From a virus (Duplodnaviria > Caudoviricetes): a stretch of DNA of 33,250 bases. The notes under the pieces are model-generated. The model did no database searches. It was not told the DNA's origin and saw only the letters and a list, made by a program, of their open reading frames with translations. Below are positions 32,833 through 33,250 of the stretch, piece by piece (position 1 is the first letter of the stretch; the number at the start of each line of letters is the position of its first letter). The DNA lies in IMG/VR virus record IMGVR_UViG_3300037524_001229, positions 1 to 33,250 of that record. The stretch is one strand, 5' to 3'. The translations under genes were made by a program, and so were the position numbers.

Positions 32833-33250
32833 GGCCAGCCAAATTCCTGCGGCTGGCGGTAGTGAGTGTGGCCGCCATAGTCCATGACATACAGATCGCG
32901 TGTCTGTAAGTCTTGCATCGTGCGCCATTCCAGCCAAAGATGGGCCAGGAAGGTTTTGATCATCTTGCGCATGGCGGCCTGGTGTTTGTGCGCTTTGGTC
33001 CAGTCGGGCCGGTTGGCGTCGTAGTAGACACGGGCGTCGTCGTAGATGTCCCGGTAGGGTGAGCCGCAACGCAGGAAGGATGTACCAACCAGGTAGAGGG
33101 TCGTCTTGAGGCGAATGTTGTAACACAGCTTTTCACCCTTGACCGGCCTATCGCGCTCGCCGTTGGTCACGCCGTAGCCGGCATATCGCCAGAGTGCCGA
33201 GACGGTGTTAGCGCGTTCAATATCAATCATGGCGACCATCTTGGCGGCTA
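32814..33250 (-). CDS. tasA: 3' part of the TasA-like protein (open at the window end; joins 1..423)
   Basis: SALWRYAGYG...GEKLCYNIRLKTTLY...GSPYRDIYD...KAHKHQAAMRKMIKTFLAHLW resembles the IS110/Nop C-terminal helices; the stop codon lies within the first array unit. Confidence 0.82.
   Translation of the reverse strand, partial: AAKMVAMIDIERANTVSALWRYAGYGVTNGERDRPVKGEKLCYNIRLKTTLYLVGTSFLRCGSPYRDIYDDARVYYDANRPDWTKAHKHQAAMRKMIKTFLAHLWLEWRTMQDLQTRDLYVMDYGGHTHYRQPQEFGWPAKIRK
33084..33250 (+). repeat. Right copy of terminal direct repeat
   Basis: Matches 1-167; the last 41 bp carry 6 synonymous differences. Confidence 0.97.

Larger units (their letters stand above)
1..33250. mobile_element. Temperate siphovirus-like phage genome, near-complete, circularly permuted (unit about 33,083 bp)
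   Basis: Integrase with intact attP-like site, full HK97-type head and tail gene set, replication gene, and terminal repeat 1-126 = 33084-33209. Confidence 0.95.

Noticed and set aside
32645-32890. N-terminal extension of ORF 32447..32890 as a repeat protein (SEP/SNP repeats)
   Set aside because: The peptide periodicity is a by-product of the 18/36-nt DNA repeat and the extension overlaps tas; the ATG at 32644 is the more plausible start.
32814-33250. IS110/IS116-family transposase insertion
   Set aside because: The rejoined protein is only 230 aa, lacks the N-terminal DEDD/RuvC domain, sits in the phage operon with its own RBS and is followed by a 36-nt array. A Tas protein fits better.

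Overview
The window is an essentially complete temperate tailed phage genome (HK97-type capsid, long non-contractile tail). Its unit length is about 33,083 bp: positions 1-126 recur exactly at 33084-33209. The + strand carries a tyrosine integrase, an attP-like 3' tRNA fragment (probably tRNA-Asn), a lipoprotein and the late operon (HNH, terminases, portal-MuF fusion, protease, capsid, two glycosyltransferases, neck and tail genes); a small RHH regulator lies on the - strand next to attP. The - strand carries an early operon. Best finding: the first early gene, split across the window ends and missed as a whole by the ORF track, encodes a 230-aa IS110/Nop-like protein with no nuclease domain. 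It is followed directly by five 36-nt units, each with two alternating repeats and two 9-nt spacers, which is the layout of a TIGR-Tas (TasA-type) RNA-guided system. The same operon encodes an orphan ParB and an FtsK/TraB-like translocase with a gamma-like C-terminus, flanked by small membrane proteins. A 9-bp motif (GGACGGRTH) occurs in about 17 clusters, all on the + strand whatever the direction of transcription. I found no endolysin, but there is a membrane-anchored CHAT/caspase-like protein in the late operon. The host may be Chloroflexota (weak inference). All assignments come from reading motifs by eye; no searches were run.
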